IMG/VR virus record: IMGVR_UViG_2802429268_000001
DNA: 64,000 bases
Source: an uncultured virus (IMG/VR IMGVR_UViG_2802429268_000001)
Lineage: Duplodnaviria; Heunggongvirae; Uroviricota; Caudoviricetes
Direction: 5' to 3' (one strand)
The notes below the pieces were generated by a model. It was not told the origin of the DNA. It saw only the letters and a program-made list of their open reading frames with translations, and did not search any database. Positions 9,421 to 18,218 of the stretch are shown here, piece by piece. The position numbers and the translations under genes are program-made. How positions within the stretch are numbered: position 1 is the first letter of the stretch; each line of letters opens with the position of its first letter.

Positions 9421-9674
9421 CCAGCCCTCCGGTTGAATTCGTCGATTGCTTCCCGATGGTCGAGACGAGCGCCGCGGACAATCAGATCCGCGAAGTCGGA
9501 ATACCGACGGAACTCCTCGACAGTTGCGCCCGGGAAAGACGATGCTTCCTCGTGGGCGGCGTCTTCATCGGTGAACTCGGCGGCGTCGTCGCGCTCGCTG
9601 GTGAAAAACCCCTCGTCGGTCAGGACGCAGCCTTTCGCGTTCTCGACGCGGTAGCGGGTGACCATCGTGCCCAT
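9417..9674 (-). CDS. Hypothetical phage protein
   Basis: RBS GAGG; operon context. Confidence 0.65.
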   Translation of the reverse strand: MGTMVTRYRVENAKGCVLTDEGFFTSERDDAAEFTDEDAAHEEASSFPGATVEEFRRYSDFADLIVRGARLDHREAIDEFNRRAG

Positions 9675-9739
9675 CGTCGTTTCCTCGGTTGAGATCAGTT
9701 TCGATATCCGCCGCAGTGAAGGGCGGATGCCGAAGCGGA

Positions 9740-10033
9740 TCAGGCGGCGGAGCGGAGCCGCTCGCGGGCGGCGCGGTCTTCGATGTCGATCTCACGAGCG
9801 CGAAGGAGGTACTGTTCGCAAAAGTCGCGGTCTTCGTCGGTTAAGGCCGCTGCAAAGAATGTCGGTTTCGACATGAAGGACGGGTCGCGGATGATCGCGA
9901 TCATGTCGTCCGTGTAGTCGTTGTTCCAGAATTCGTGATCCGTGATTGCCGGGCGGGCTACCTCAGCCATGTGGCGAGCCTTACGGAACGCTTCGCTGTG
10001 GGTGAGCGTGTATTTGACCTTTGCCTTTTCCAT
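9740..10033 (-). CDS. First gene of the leftward (PL) operon, hypothetical
   Basis: GGAG RBS downstream of the PL promoter. Confidence 0.65.
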   Translation of the reverse strand: MEKAKVKYTLTHSEAFRKARHMAEVARPAITDHEFWNNDYTDDMIAIIRDPSFMSKPTFFAAALTDEDRDFCEQYLLRAREIDIEDRAARERLRSAA

Positions 10034-10074
10034 CTCTCGTCTCCCATCCGGCCGTTGCCGTTGTTGATGAGAAG

Positions 10075-10147
10075 AGACTATACGCAAGAAACGTAAAGCG
10101 CAAGCAGAATTACGAACAGTGCGTAAAATTCTTGCGTATCGTGCGTA
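10075..10147 (-). promoter_or_regulatory. PL promoter with repressor operators
   Basis: TTGCGC-N17-TAGTCT on minus strand; TACG-N7-CGTA at 10081 and 10111, variant at 10133. Confidence 0.75.
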
Positions 10148-10155
10148 CGTGTGCC

Positions 10156-10192
10156 AAAAGAAAAGCCCCGGCGGGACGATCCGACCGGGGCT
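10156..10192 (-). terminator. Rho-independent terminator
   Basis: AGCCCCGG...CCGGGGCT hairpin then TTTCTTTT on minus strand. Confidence 0.75.
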
Positions 10193-10709
10193 GATGGCTT
10201 CCATGTGCTACCGATTGCTTAGCAAAACTGCTCACGAAATGCAATCGGATTGGTCGCTGTCAGGCGCTGAAAATCGCAAAATCTTGGGTCTGCTCGGAGG
10301 TTCCCGCCAAGATGATGTGTTCGGAGGCGCAAGGGCAGCGGTCTTTCCCGGGGTTCCTCCCGCGCCGCCGATCGATCCGGCTAAGAAATCCCTCGCGGTA
10401 TCGGCGCCAGGCTCACCGAGCGGAATCGAACGGGGTTGATGGCCCGCCGGGGAAACGCGCTTGCACCGCGCCGGGAAAACTGAAGCAGCTTATACCGTCG
10501 CCCGAAGAAAAGGGACGATGCTCGTACCGGACAAGAAAGGCGCCTGACCAGCGCGAGAAAAAGACACCCGGTGTTAGACCCAGTTAGCGGCTGGGATACC
10601 AAACCGAGCTTCAGGAGAGGTTCATTCCACGGATGCTTTGGTGTCGGCAGGACCGGCACAGGGTCGGATGTCTCGTGTGTTAGAGACCATCCTAATGCCT
10701 TGGTTATGC

Positions 10710-11126
10710 CTACCGGCACAGAGCCTTGCGCATCTTCACCCGATCAACGCGGAATTTCTGGTACTCCGCATCCATCATCTGCGAACATGCGATCATCACC
10801 TCGTCGCGGCTCGCGTCGGAAGATTGGAGTTCCGTATCCTTGGCCGCCTCGGATCTGGCCTTGGCGTTGAGCTCGTCGGCCTGAATGGTCGCATCGGTCG
10901 ACGAGACCCCGAAATCCTCAAGCAGACCCTCGACGTGGACGATGCTGCTTTGAGCCAGATCATCGCCGATGTAGGGCGAGCACACCCAGGCAAAGCCCTG
11001 ATGCCTGTAGATCGACGCAAACGCCACGTCGAAGTGTTCCTTGGCCTGATCGAAGTCAGGCTTGCATTCTTCTGCAGCGGCCGGCGTCGCCATTGCCAAA
11101 ATGATCATCGTCAAGTATCTGCGCAT
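10710..11126 (-). CDS. Secreted protein with signal peptide and Cys pairs (immunity-region moron)
   Basis: MRRYLTMIILAMATPAAA signal; GGAGG RBS. Confidence 0.75.
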   Translation of the reverse strand: MRRYLTMIILAMATPAAAEECKPDFDQAKEHFDVAFASIYRHQGFAWVCSPYIGDDLAQSSIVHVEGLLEDFGVSSTDATIQADELNAKARSEAAKDTELQSSDASRDEVMIACSQMMDAEYQKFRVDRVKMRKALCR

Positions 11127-11499
11127 TGCCAAATCCCCTCCTGTGCAACGCTTCATTGAGCCGGATGGTACGCCACCATCTGACCGCGCGAAATTCACGC
11201 TAGATTACAGGTTTTTACGATAAGTGAAGGCGCGCCAATTTTGGACACAATCCGGCTTGGTCGGCTATCTTTCGTCAACCAGACCACAAAACACCCCATG
11301 ATTTTTAGGGGGCGTCCTATACCTGGACTAGTCCGCAATTTCACAAAACTGTCACAGACGACGGCTTGACGCTCGGCTGGCGAAAGAAATGTGACAGCGT
11401 TTATGACAATCCACAGGGGGCACGACTGAAAAAAATCCACTCGCTAAAATACAACCTTCGGATAACGTGAGGTGGTATTTCGACTGCTGGGGAGAACAC

Positions 11500-11871
11500 A
11501 TGTTTTCAGATATTGGGGTTGCCCTTCCGCCTATCCCGCCGGGCAATGTGCTGTCCGGCCGATTCCGCGTTCATGCGGTCGTTGGCGACGCGATGGAACC
11601 GACATTTCGAGGGGGCAGGGACTATGCATTGCTTGCGCCTGTATCGGACTATCGAGGGGAGGGCGTTTATCTTCTGGACGTCGGCGGGGGGCAGGAACTC
11701 TTCCGCGTCAGCAACGCATTTGACGGACAAGGCGGGCTCATGCTGTCGCAGGAGAACCGCCGCGGCTCTGTCCATCACTTGAGCAGAGAGAGATTTGATG
11801 CTCTGGTCACTGCGATCGTGATCGCCGATATTCGGACACGAGACGAGCGCTTCCTGAGAGAGCCGGGCTGA
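11500..11871 (+). CDS. Stand-alone S24-like domain protein, catalytic residues absent
   Basis: VVGDAMEPT...EGVYLLD...ELFRV. Confidence 0.75.
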   Translation: MFSDIGVALPPIPPGNVLSGRFRVHAVVGDAMEPTFRGGRDYALLAPVSDYRGEGVYLLDVGGGQELFRVSNAFDGQGGLMLSQENRRGSVHHLSRERFDALVTAIVIADIRTRDERFLREPG

Positions 11872-11881
11872 TCCCCGGCTT

Positions 11882-12688
11882 TCACTTCCGGGCGATGTGC
11901 CCGCAGATCCTGCCGATGATGGTCAGACGATCAAGCTCGACGGTTACCGTCTCAAGATTGGGATTGTCCGAAATAATCTTCACCTGGACCGGATCGCTGA
12001 ACATGACGCGCTGTAGCCGCTTGATCTGCGGCTCCGAAAGCCCATCGCTGATCGCATAGACCGTGTCGGAGACGAAGCGGTTCTGCGACAGATCGACGAT
12101 CACCCGATCACCAGGCATGTAGGTCGGGAACATCGAATCGCCGATGACTTCCATGACGATCGTCTGGTTAGGCGAAGCCTTGGCCTCGCTACGCAGATAG
12201 TCCTGCGGGATCACCCATTCAGCAACAACGCGATGGCCTGAGACGTTTTCCTTGCCGACCGGCAGGTTGATGACTTCGCCGACCGCGCCTTCGCCGGCGC
12301 CGAGTTTCACGTCGATCTCTGGCAGGGCGCCAGTGATTTGCGGGCTCCAATGTTCCCGCGAATAGACGTCGTCTTCGCCGCTGCTTTCCCCCTCTGCTGC
12401 GTCCGGATCGAAGCTCGAAATCAAATTACCGCTGGGTGTCGGCCGGGAGAGCGCCCATACCTCACGGGCTTCAATGGGCGGGGTTCCCCTCCCTACGACG
12501 GCCTTTGCTAGCTTCTCGGCGACATCTGGGTCCAGATAGGTCTTCTTGTAATCGGTCTGGCTCTCATAGCGCTGAATGCTCGAGGCCGCCGCATAGCCCA
12601 TCTTCTTGGCGAGCGCAGTCATCGACAGGCCCGAGCGCTCGCGAAGCTCACGGAATTTCTCGGTCACTGGGATTGGCGGTTTTTGCAT
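11882..12688 (-). CDS. CI-like repressor (HTH plus S24 peptidase)
   Basis: RELRERSGLSMTALAKKMG HTH; KLGAG cleavage site; GDSM and IKRL catalytic motifs. Confidence 0.93.
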   Translation of the reverse strand: MQKPPIPVTEKFRELRERSGLSMTALAKKMGYAAASSIQRYESQTDYKKTYLDPDVAEKLAKAVVGRGTPPIEAREVWALSRPTPSGNLISSFDPDAAEGESSGEDDVYSREHWSPQITGALPEIDVKLGAGEGAVGEVINLPVGKENVSGHRVVAEWVIPQDYLRSEAKASPNQTIVMEVIGDSMFPTYMPGDRVIVDLSQNRFVSDTVYAISDGLSEPQIKRLQRVMFSDPVQVKIISDNPNLETVTVELDRLTIIGRICGHIARK

Positions 12689-12713
12689 CGAATCGTCATA
12701 CGTGAGTCTCATT

Positions 12714-12760
12714 TACGTTTTCCACGTTGACATATTTACGCAAAGAACGTACAAGTGCGT
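12714..12760 (+). promoter_or_regulatory. PR promoter / OR operators
   Basis: TTGACA at 12727; TACG-N7-CGTA at 12737 and variant at 12714 between divergent cI and cro. Confidence 0.75.
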
Positions 12761-12786
12761 AAATAGAACGGAATGAGGCAAACACC

Positions 12787-13020
12787 GTGACCGACATTTC
12801 CCCTGCGGAGAAGATCATCGAAGCGCTGGGCGGCCTGTCCAAGACGGCCCGTCTACTGTCCACCGACGACAAGGACTTCGCCATCTCGACGGTCCAGGGC
12901 TGGAAGGAACGGAAGCGCATCCCGCAGGACTACTGGGAGCGCCTGATTGCGGTCGGGAAGGTGGCCGGCGTTGAGATCACGGCAGACATGCTCCTTGGTC
13001 TCGCCGAGGTGTCGGCATGA
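12787..13020 (+). CDS. Cro-like HTH regulator
   Basis: IIEALGGLSKTARLL...STVQGWKERKRIP; divergent from cI. Confidence 0.85.
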   Translation: MTDISPAEKIIEALGGLSKTARLLSTDDKDFAISTVQGWKERKRIPQDYWERLIAVGKVAGVEITADMLLGLAEVSA

Positions 13021-13025
13021 CCGGC

Positions 13026-13292
13026 TCATCCCTCCAGCCCCTGCAGGTCTTCGCAGAACTGCCTTGCAACCTCCTTCGGCATTCGAAGTCGGACGACCAG
13101 TGTGCCCTTTGGAATGCCGTCGCCATTGATGGATACGGCGGCGAAGGAGACGTGAACGACGCCGCGGCGCTCGTGCATTTCGGTGACGAGGTCGGCGTAG
13201 AGGGTCGGGGCTCCTCGATCGAAGAGGAACACCCATTCCCCATCCAGGTCTTGGGCCTTTCCGACGGTTCCACCGATTGCAGCTTTGGTCAT
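13026..13292 (-). CDS. Antisense-oriented hypothetical protein
   Basis: Protein-like (APTLYADLV...VVRLRMP), GAAGG RBS; overlaps plus ORF 13017-13331. Confidence 0.6.
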   Translation of the reverse strand: MTKAAIGGTVGKAQDLDGEWVFLFDRGAPTLYADLVTEMHERRGVVHVSFAAVSINGDGIPKGTLVVRLRMPKEVARQFCEDLQGLEG

Positions 13293-13327
13293 TTCAGCAC
13301 CTTCGAAAACAGTGGGGAGACACGGCA

Positions 13328-13405
13328 ATGATGCACGCCATCGGGATTGTCTTGATCGCGCTCGCGGTCGCTTTGGTCCTCCACGACATCTACCTCAAGG
13401 ATTGA
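13328..13405 (+). CDS. 25-aa hydrophobic peptide
   Basis: MMHAIGIVLIALAVALVLHDIYLKD; GGAG RBS. Confidence 0.45.
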   Translation: MMHAIGIVLIALAVALVLHDIYLKD

Positions 13406-13410
13406 TCGCC

Positions 13411-13548
13411 ATGACCTTCAGATATCGCCTTCTGGCTTCCGGTCGATATGAGGTCTTGCGCGCCGACGGCTTCATTATGGGCGTCTTCGGGACTCGCGAT
13501 CAGGCTGAGACCTACTGCGACCAGAAGAACGCGGAGGCCGCTCGGTGA
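13411..13548 (+). CDS. Small hypothetical protein
   Basis: AAGGA RBS; coupled. Confidence 0.55.
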   Translation: MTFRYRLLASGRYEVLRADGFIMGVFGTRDQAETYCDQKNAEAAR

Positions 13549-13811
13549 TGGACACGTATCTCTACACGTCAACCAGCCCGTACGAAGTCGGCAAGCACGC
13601 GATGGCTGTTGCCTCGATCGGCGCGACCGGTTCGCTTCTGATCCTCTCGGCCGTCGGTATCGTTCTGATCGTTTCCTGGGGCGTCTCTCGTGTCCGCCAG
13701 AAGGCGAACGAGGAAACTAAGACCCCGGACTATGCCGGTGTTCGCGAGGCCGTCTATCGGGCCTCTGAGCAAGAGCGCGCCCGCGTCGAAGAAGCGGCGC
13801 GTCAGCAATGA
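13545..13811 (+). CDS. Membrane protein
   Basis: One TM helix; GGAGG RBS. Confidence 0.6.
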   Translation: MMDTYLYTSTSPYEVGKHAMAVASIGATGSLLILSAVGIVLIVSWGVSRVRQKANEETKTPDYAGVREAVYRASEQERARVEEAARQQ

Positions 13812-13976
13812 GTATTTTTATTTATTCGCATGCTTCGGCGTAGGCGCCTTGCCTGTCTCGCAAACTGCTTTGCGCCCCGCCGTTGTCGTTCCTGAGTAAG
13901 CGTTCAGGAGGTTCTGAGTAACGCCTTTCATAACCGCCTCCTGTTCACAAAAAGAAGACTATCAGGAGAACGGAAC

Positions 13977-14426
13977 ATGGTTCGGAAAATCTCAGACCGA
14001 ATTTTGGCAATGGGAATCAACAAGGGAAGTTCGAAAGCGATGTTTGGAGTAGACGCATTCGGCCCAGAAGAGGCGGCGGAGTTCGCCCGTAGAATGCTCA
14101 AGAAAGAGAGCAGCGGCAACGGCGATCAGATGAACGCCTATGAACGTGTCGCCGCCCGTTGCGGGATGACGGCCCGCCAACTTCGCCGGTTCCTTTCCGG
14201 CGAGATCAAGGAACCCGCATGGGGGTTCATTCACGGCATCCGTATCGGATGGTTCGGCCTCTGGGAAGAAGAGGTCCGCAAGATGCAGCACGAAATGGAC
14301 ATATACCGGAAGAGGTTCGCCAGTGATCGTTTTCAGGATCTTAAAGCTCAAATCGAGGCTTTGGCTGCTGAAGCTCAAGCTCTCTCTGATGAGCTTCAAA
14401 CACGCAAAAAGGACATCTCTCAATGA
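13977..14426 (+). CDS. HTH regulator (CII-like position)
   Basis: ERVAARCGMTARQLRRFLSGE. Confidence 0.65.
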   Translation: MVRKISDRILAMGINKGSSKAMFGVDAFGPEEAAEFARRMLKKESSGNGDQMNAYERVAARCGMTARQLRRFLSGEIKEPAWGFIHGIRIGWFGLWEEEVRKMQHEMDIYRKRFASDRFQDLKAQIEALAAEAQALSDELQTRKKDISQ

Positions 14427-14968
14427 CGGCTATGATCGGCGATAACAGCAAGGCAGAGCGCGAACGCCGCGTTCTCTTCGCCTACTACCACAAGAAAGAC
14501 CGCGACATTGCGGCGAAGATAAAGGCGCTCGGCGAGGAGAAGAAGTCGAACCGCCAGAACGCCAAGGCAAGCGGCTTCCCCGCGCAGAAGCTCGACCACT
14601 ACCTGAAAGCCTTCCAAGCCGAAGACCATCAGAAGCCGGTCGATAAGCTGAAGTCCGAGCGAGAAAATCTCGAGTGGCTCGGCTACATCCCGGCGACCAG
14701 CGGCGGCGACCTTCTCTCCCAAATGGACCGCGTCGACGGCGAACAGATGATCCGCGCCAAGGGCTTCCATGCAGGCCTGACCGGCCTTGACCGAGTTTCC
14801 GGCTACGACGCCGGCTCCGTCGACGACAAGCTGTGGCTGGATTCCTACGACGCCGGCAAAGCCGAATACGAGTCCGACATTCCCGACATCCTGGCGCGCA
14901 TCAATGCCGCCGCATCGAAGGAAGAGCCGCCGGCGGATGGCTCCGATCCTTTCGAAGACGCCGCATGA
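14423..14968 (+). CDS. GapR/DUF2312-like DNA-binding protein (distant)
   Basis: MIGDNS start; IKALGEEKK...AKASGF pattern. Confidence 0.5.
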   Translation: MTAMIGDNSKAERERRVLFAYYHKKDRDIAAKIKALGEEKKSNRQNAKASGFPAQKLDHYLKAFQAEDHQKPVDKLKSERENLEWLGYIPATSGGDLLSQMDRVDGEQMIRAKGFHAGLTGLDRVSGYDAGSVDDKLWLDSYDAGKAEYESDIPDILARINAAASKEEPPADGSDPFEDAA

Positions 14969-15084
14969 GTTTCTAGGCGGCCGGCTCCCCTCCCAGGCGT
15001 GGCCGCAACACCTGTCGGGGCGCGAATGCCCCGGCCTTTCTCTCCCCGGCCTGCCGCCATGACAGCTTTGCGGCGAGGCTACCT

Positions 15085-15121
15085 GCCCCGAGGAGCGCGA
15101 ATGCTTCTCGGGGGCTTTCTC
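15085..15121 (+). terminator. Rho-independent terminator
   Basis: CCCCGAGGAG...CTTCTCGGGG hairpin then CTTTCT. Confidence 0.55.
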
Positions 15122-15132
15122 AAGAGGTTCAC

Positions 15133-15447
15133 ATGATCTGCGTCACATGCCCGACCTGCGGCGGTCACCTCGGAGAATTACCGGAACCTGACAAGGTGCG
15201 CGGCTGCCTAACTCCGGCGGAAATCCGCGTCTTCGACAAGCTTCTCGCCTCGGGCCCGGAAGGTATCGCCAAGGTGGATCTTTCTATCCATCTGTTCGGC
15301 GATCTCGGCACCGCCGAATCGAAGATGAACCGGACGGCAAAACTCGTTTCTCGCATCCGCCAGAAGCTCGACCGCTACGGCTACCACATCCAGCGCAACC
15401 CGCCACTGAAGCACGGCGTCTATCGCCTGATCCCGGAGGCTGCGTGA
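15133..15447 (+). CDS. Zn-ribbon plus winged-helix (OmpR-type C-domain) regulator
   Basis: CPTCG; LTPAEIRVF...VSRIRQKL...GVYRL. Confidence 0.7.
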   Translation: MICVTCPTCGGHLGELPEPDKVRGCLTPAEIRVFDKLLASGPEGIAKVDLSIHLFGDLGTAESKMNRTAKLVSRIRQKLDRYGYHIQRNPPLKHGVYRLIPEAA

Positions 15448-16091
15448 TGCTCAAGCAAACCCCCTCATGGAACGACATCAGCCATAGAAAAGCGATGTAC
15501 ATGTGGGCCGGCGGTGCCTCGCAATCGGAGATCGCCAACGCCCTGGGGATGACGACATGCCAAGTCGCCGGGCGGATGAACCGCAACAGGGACGACTTCC
15601 CCAAGCGGAACCCGGAAGCAACCAAGACCGACGGTAAGCCAATCGCTCCCCGCAAGAACTCGGTCTGGACGGAAGCCCGGCTATCGACCGCCGCCAATCT
15701 CTGGAAAGCCGGATGGACCGAGGAAGAAGTCGCGGATGCTCTCGACGTGTCCAAGGCGGCGTTCGTCCAGGTGAAGAAGCGCTACAAGCCGATGTTCTCC
15801 GTCGATCGGTCCAAGCAATACCGACCGCGCAAGCCCCGCCTCGATATCCCCGACAATCTCGACGAACTGTTCGAACAATCCGAGGGGAAGGCAGCTGCTG
15901 ACGGGCGTCGGTTTATTCTGGCTGGGGTGGAACCCGTCGCCTTTGTCGATTTGCGGCTCAACCAGTGCCGTTTCCCGGTCTCGAGCCCCGATAGCCCCAA
16001 CGGCCCCACGATGCCTTGCTGCGGCGCCCCACGGGCCGAAGGCAGGCCGTATTGCGCAGCCCATGCCGCTGTCAGCCGGAGGACCGCATGA
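15444..16091 (+). CDS. GcrA-like regulator
   Basis: W-x-GG-SQSEIA HTH; C-terminal QCRFP...CGAP...PYCAAH. Confidence 0.8.
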   Translation: MMLKQTPSWNDISHRKAMYMWAGGASQSEIANALGMTTCQVAGRMNRNRDDFPKRNPEATKTDGKPIAPRKNSVWTEARLSTAANLWKAGWTEEEVADALDVSKAAFVQVKKRYKPMFSVDRSKQYRPRKPRLDIPDNLDELFEQSEGKAAADGRRFILAGVEPVAFVDLRLNQCRFPVSSPDSPNGPTMPCCGAPRAEGRPYCAAHAAVSRRTA

Positions 16092-16699
16092 AGATCCTCT
16101 CCTTCGACACGAGCAAAACCGCCGGCTGGGCCTTCTACGACACGAGCAAGCACGTCTCGTCGATCGAGTGCGACGTGCTCGAGTTCCCGGCCAAGGCATC
16201 GATCGAATATTGCGCCGATCAGATGGGGCTCAAGGTGACGGCGCTGATCAAGCGATTCCGTCCCGATTTCGTCATCATGGAAACGGCCTTGAAGATGAGC
16301 CCCGGCGGTACGCTGGCGACGGTCGTCTCCTGCATGCTTCATGGGGCGGTGCTCTCCACCGTGGCGAATTTCGGGATTCCGTGGGGCACGATCTCCTCGG
16401 CGACCTGGCGCGTGATGTTTTACGGCAAAGGGTTCAAACCGCCGCACAAGGTCATCAAGCTCGCCAAGCCTGACAAAAAGGGCCGGATGGAGAAGATCGA
16501 ATACCTCTGGAAAGAGGCGATCGTCACGCAATGCGAGCGCGAAGGCATCACCCTGCCAACGAAGAAGACGATTGCGCACAACGCCGGCGAGGCCGCCGCA
16601 ATCGCCATCTGCTGGCGCGGTGCTCAGATTCACGCCGGCCGCTACCGGCCCGCATTCCAGAACATGCTTCAGCAGAGACACGAAAGGGCGGCCGCATGA
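16088..16699 (+). CDS. RuvC-like Holliday junction resolvase
   Basis: ILSFDTSKTAGWA; VIME; HNAGEAAAI. Confidence 0.75.
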   Translation: MKILSFDTSKTAGWAFYDTSKHVSSIECDVLEFPAKASIEYCADQMGLKVTALIKRFRPDFVIMETALKMSPGGTLATVVSCMLHGAVLSTVANFGIPWGTISSATWRVMFYGKGFKPPHKVIKLAKPDKKGRMEKIEYLWKEAIVTQCEREGITLPTKKTIAHNAGEAAAIAICWRGAQIHAGRYRPAFQNMLQQRHERAAA

Positions 16700-16824
16700 C
16701 CATTCCCCACTCTCTCCGCTGCCCAGATTGCAAGCGTGACCTGACCGCCGCCGAGGTGATCGAGCGCTGGTGCGAGGAATGCCGCAAGCCTACCAAGACG
16801 GAAGACAAGAGGAGGGCGGCATGA
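16696..16824 (+). CDS. Small Zn-finger protein
   Basis: CPDC...CEEC; ATGA overlaps. Confidence 0.55.
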   Translation: MTIPHSLRCPDCKRDLTAAEVIERWCEECRKPTKTEDKRRAA

Positions 16825-18218
16825 TGGACGCTTACAGCCAATTCCTCGAACGCAAGCGCCTCGTCGACCCTGAAACCGGCATCGCCTCCGAAGTGTCCTT
16901 GCCGGACGTCCTCAAGCCGCACCAGCGCGACATCGTGCGTTGGTCACTCCGCCGCGGGCGCGCCGCCATCTTTGCGGGCACGGGACTAGGCAAGACGCTG
17001 ATGGAGCTCACATGGTCGAGCCGGGTGTCTGACCACACCCGCAAGGCCGTCCTGATCTTCGCGCCGCTCGCCGTTGCCGAGCAGCACATTTCCGAAGCTG
17101 AGAAGTTCGGCATGGCTGCCAATCTCGTTTCCTTCCATCCCGAGGAAGGATGGGGCGTCAACGTCTCGAACTACCAGAAGATGGATCATTTCGACCTGTC
17201 GGCATTCGGCGGCGTGGTTCTGGATGAAAGCTCCATTCTCAAGAGCACGGACGGGAAGTACCGCACGCGGCTGATCGAGGAATGCGCGAAGGTGCCGTTC
17301 CGCCTGGCAGCGACGGCGACGCCGGCCCCGAACGACTTTATGGAGCTCGGCAACCACGCCGAGTTTCTCGGCGTCATGTCCTACACCGACATGCTCGCAA
17401 CGTTCTTCACCCACGACGGCGGCGACACTCAGAAATGGCGCCTGAAAGGCCACGCTGAAACAGAGTTCTGGAAGTGGATGGCGTCCTGGGCCGTCATGCT
17501 CCGCAAGCCATCGGATCTCGGCTACGACAACGCCGGCTATGACCTGCCACCGCTCAACTATTCGTCTCACACCGTCCAGGTCGACTATGCCCCGAGCATG
17601 GATACGGGGCTGTTGTTCCCGATTGAGGCGCGGACGCTGCAAGAGCGAATTTCGGCCCGCCGCGATAGCGTCGAGGGACGTGTCGAGCTCGCGGCAAAGA
17701 TCACGCCGACCGATCGTCCGTTCGTGTGGTGGTGCAACCTCAATTCGGAGGCGGACGGTCTTGCCAAGGCCATCCCCGGCGCAGTCAACCTGTCCGGCTC
17801 CGACAAAGATGATGACAAGCGCCGAAAGCTGGTCGACTTCTCGCAAGGGCGCATCCGCGTTCTGATCACAAAGCCATCAATCGCCGGGTTCGGAATGAAT
17901 TGGCAGCATTGCGCCGATACCGGGTTCGTCGGGCTCAATGACAGCTTCGAGCAGGTCTATCAGGCAATCCGCCGCTTCTGGCGCTTCGGCCAGACAAAGC
18001 CGGTCAACGTGCATTTCATCGCCTCCGAGATGGAAGGCGCCACGGTTGCCAATATTCGCCGCAAGGAAGCCGACGCAGAGCGAATGGCCGCCGCGATGGT
18101 TCTCCACATGGCGGACCTGTCGAGCGCGATTGTACGGGGTTCTGTGCGTGATCGGCCCGACTACAACCCGCAAGTTCCAATGACAATTCCAGCATGGGTA
18201 GGGGAGTGCGCTGCATGA
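16821..18218 (+). CDS. SNF2-like DExx helicase
   Basis: GTGLGKT, LDESS, TATPAPN, QAIRRFWRFGQ. Confidence 0.9.
   Translation: MMDAYSQFLERKRLVDPETGIASEVSLPDVLKPHQRDIVRWSLRRGRAAIFAGTGLGKTLMELTWSSRVSDHTRKAVLIFAPLAVAEQHISEAEKFGMAANLVSFHPEEGWGVNVSNYQKMDHFDLSAFGGVVLDESSILKSTDGKYRTRLIEECAKVPFRLAATATPAPNDFMELGNHAEFLGVMSYTDMLATFFTHDGGDTQKWRLKGHAETEFWKWMASWAVMLRKPSDLGYDNAGYDLPPLNYSSHTVQVDYAPSMDTGLLFPIEARTLQERISARRDSVEGRVELAAKITPTDRPFVWWCNLNSEADGLAKAIPGAVNLSGSDKDDDKRRKLVDFSQGRIRVLITKPSIAGFGMNWQHCADTGFVGLNDSFEQVYQAIRRFWRFGQTKPVNVHFIASEMEGATVANIRRKEADAERMAAAMVLHMADLSSAIVRGSVRDRPDYNPQVPMTIPAWVGECAA

Noticed and set aside
11493..11506. LexA box upstream of the S24-like gene
   Set aside because: Resembles the Gram-positive palindrome, not the alphaproteobacterial GTTC-N7-GTTC box
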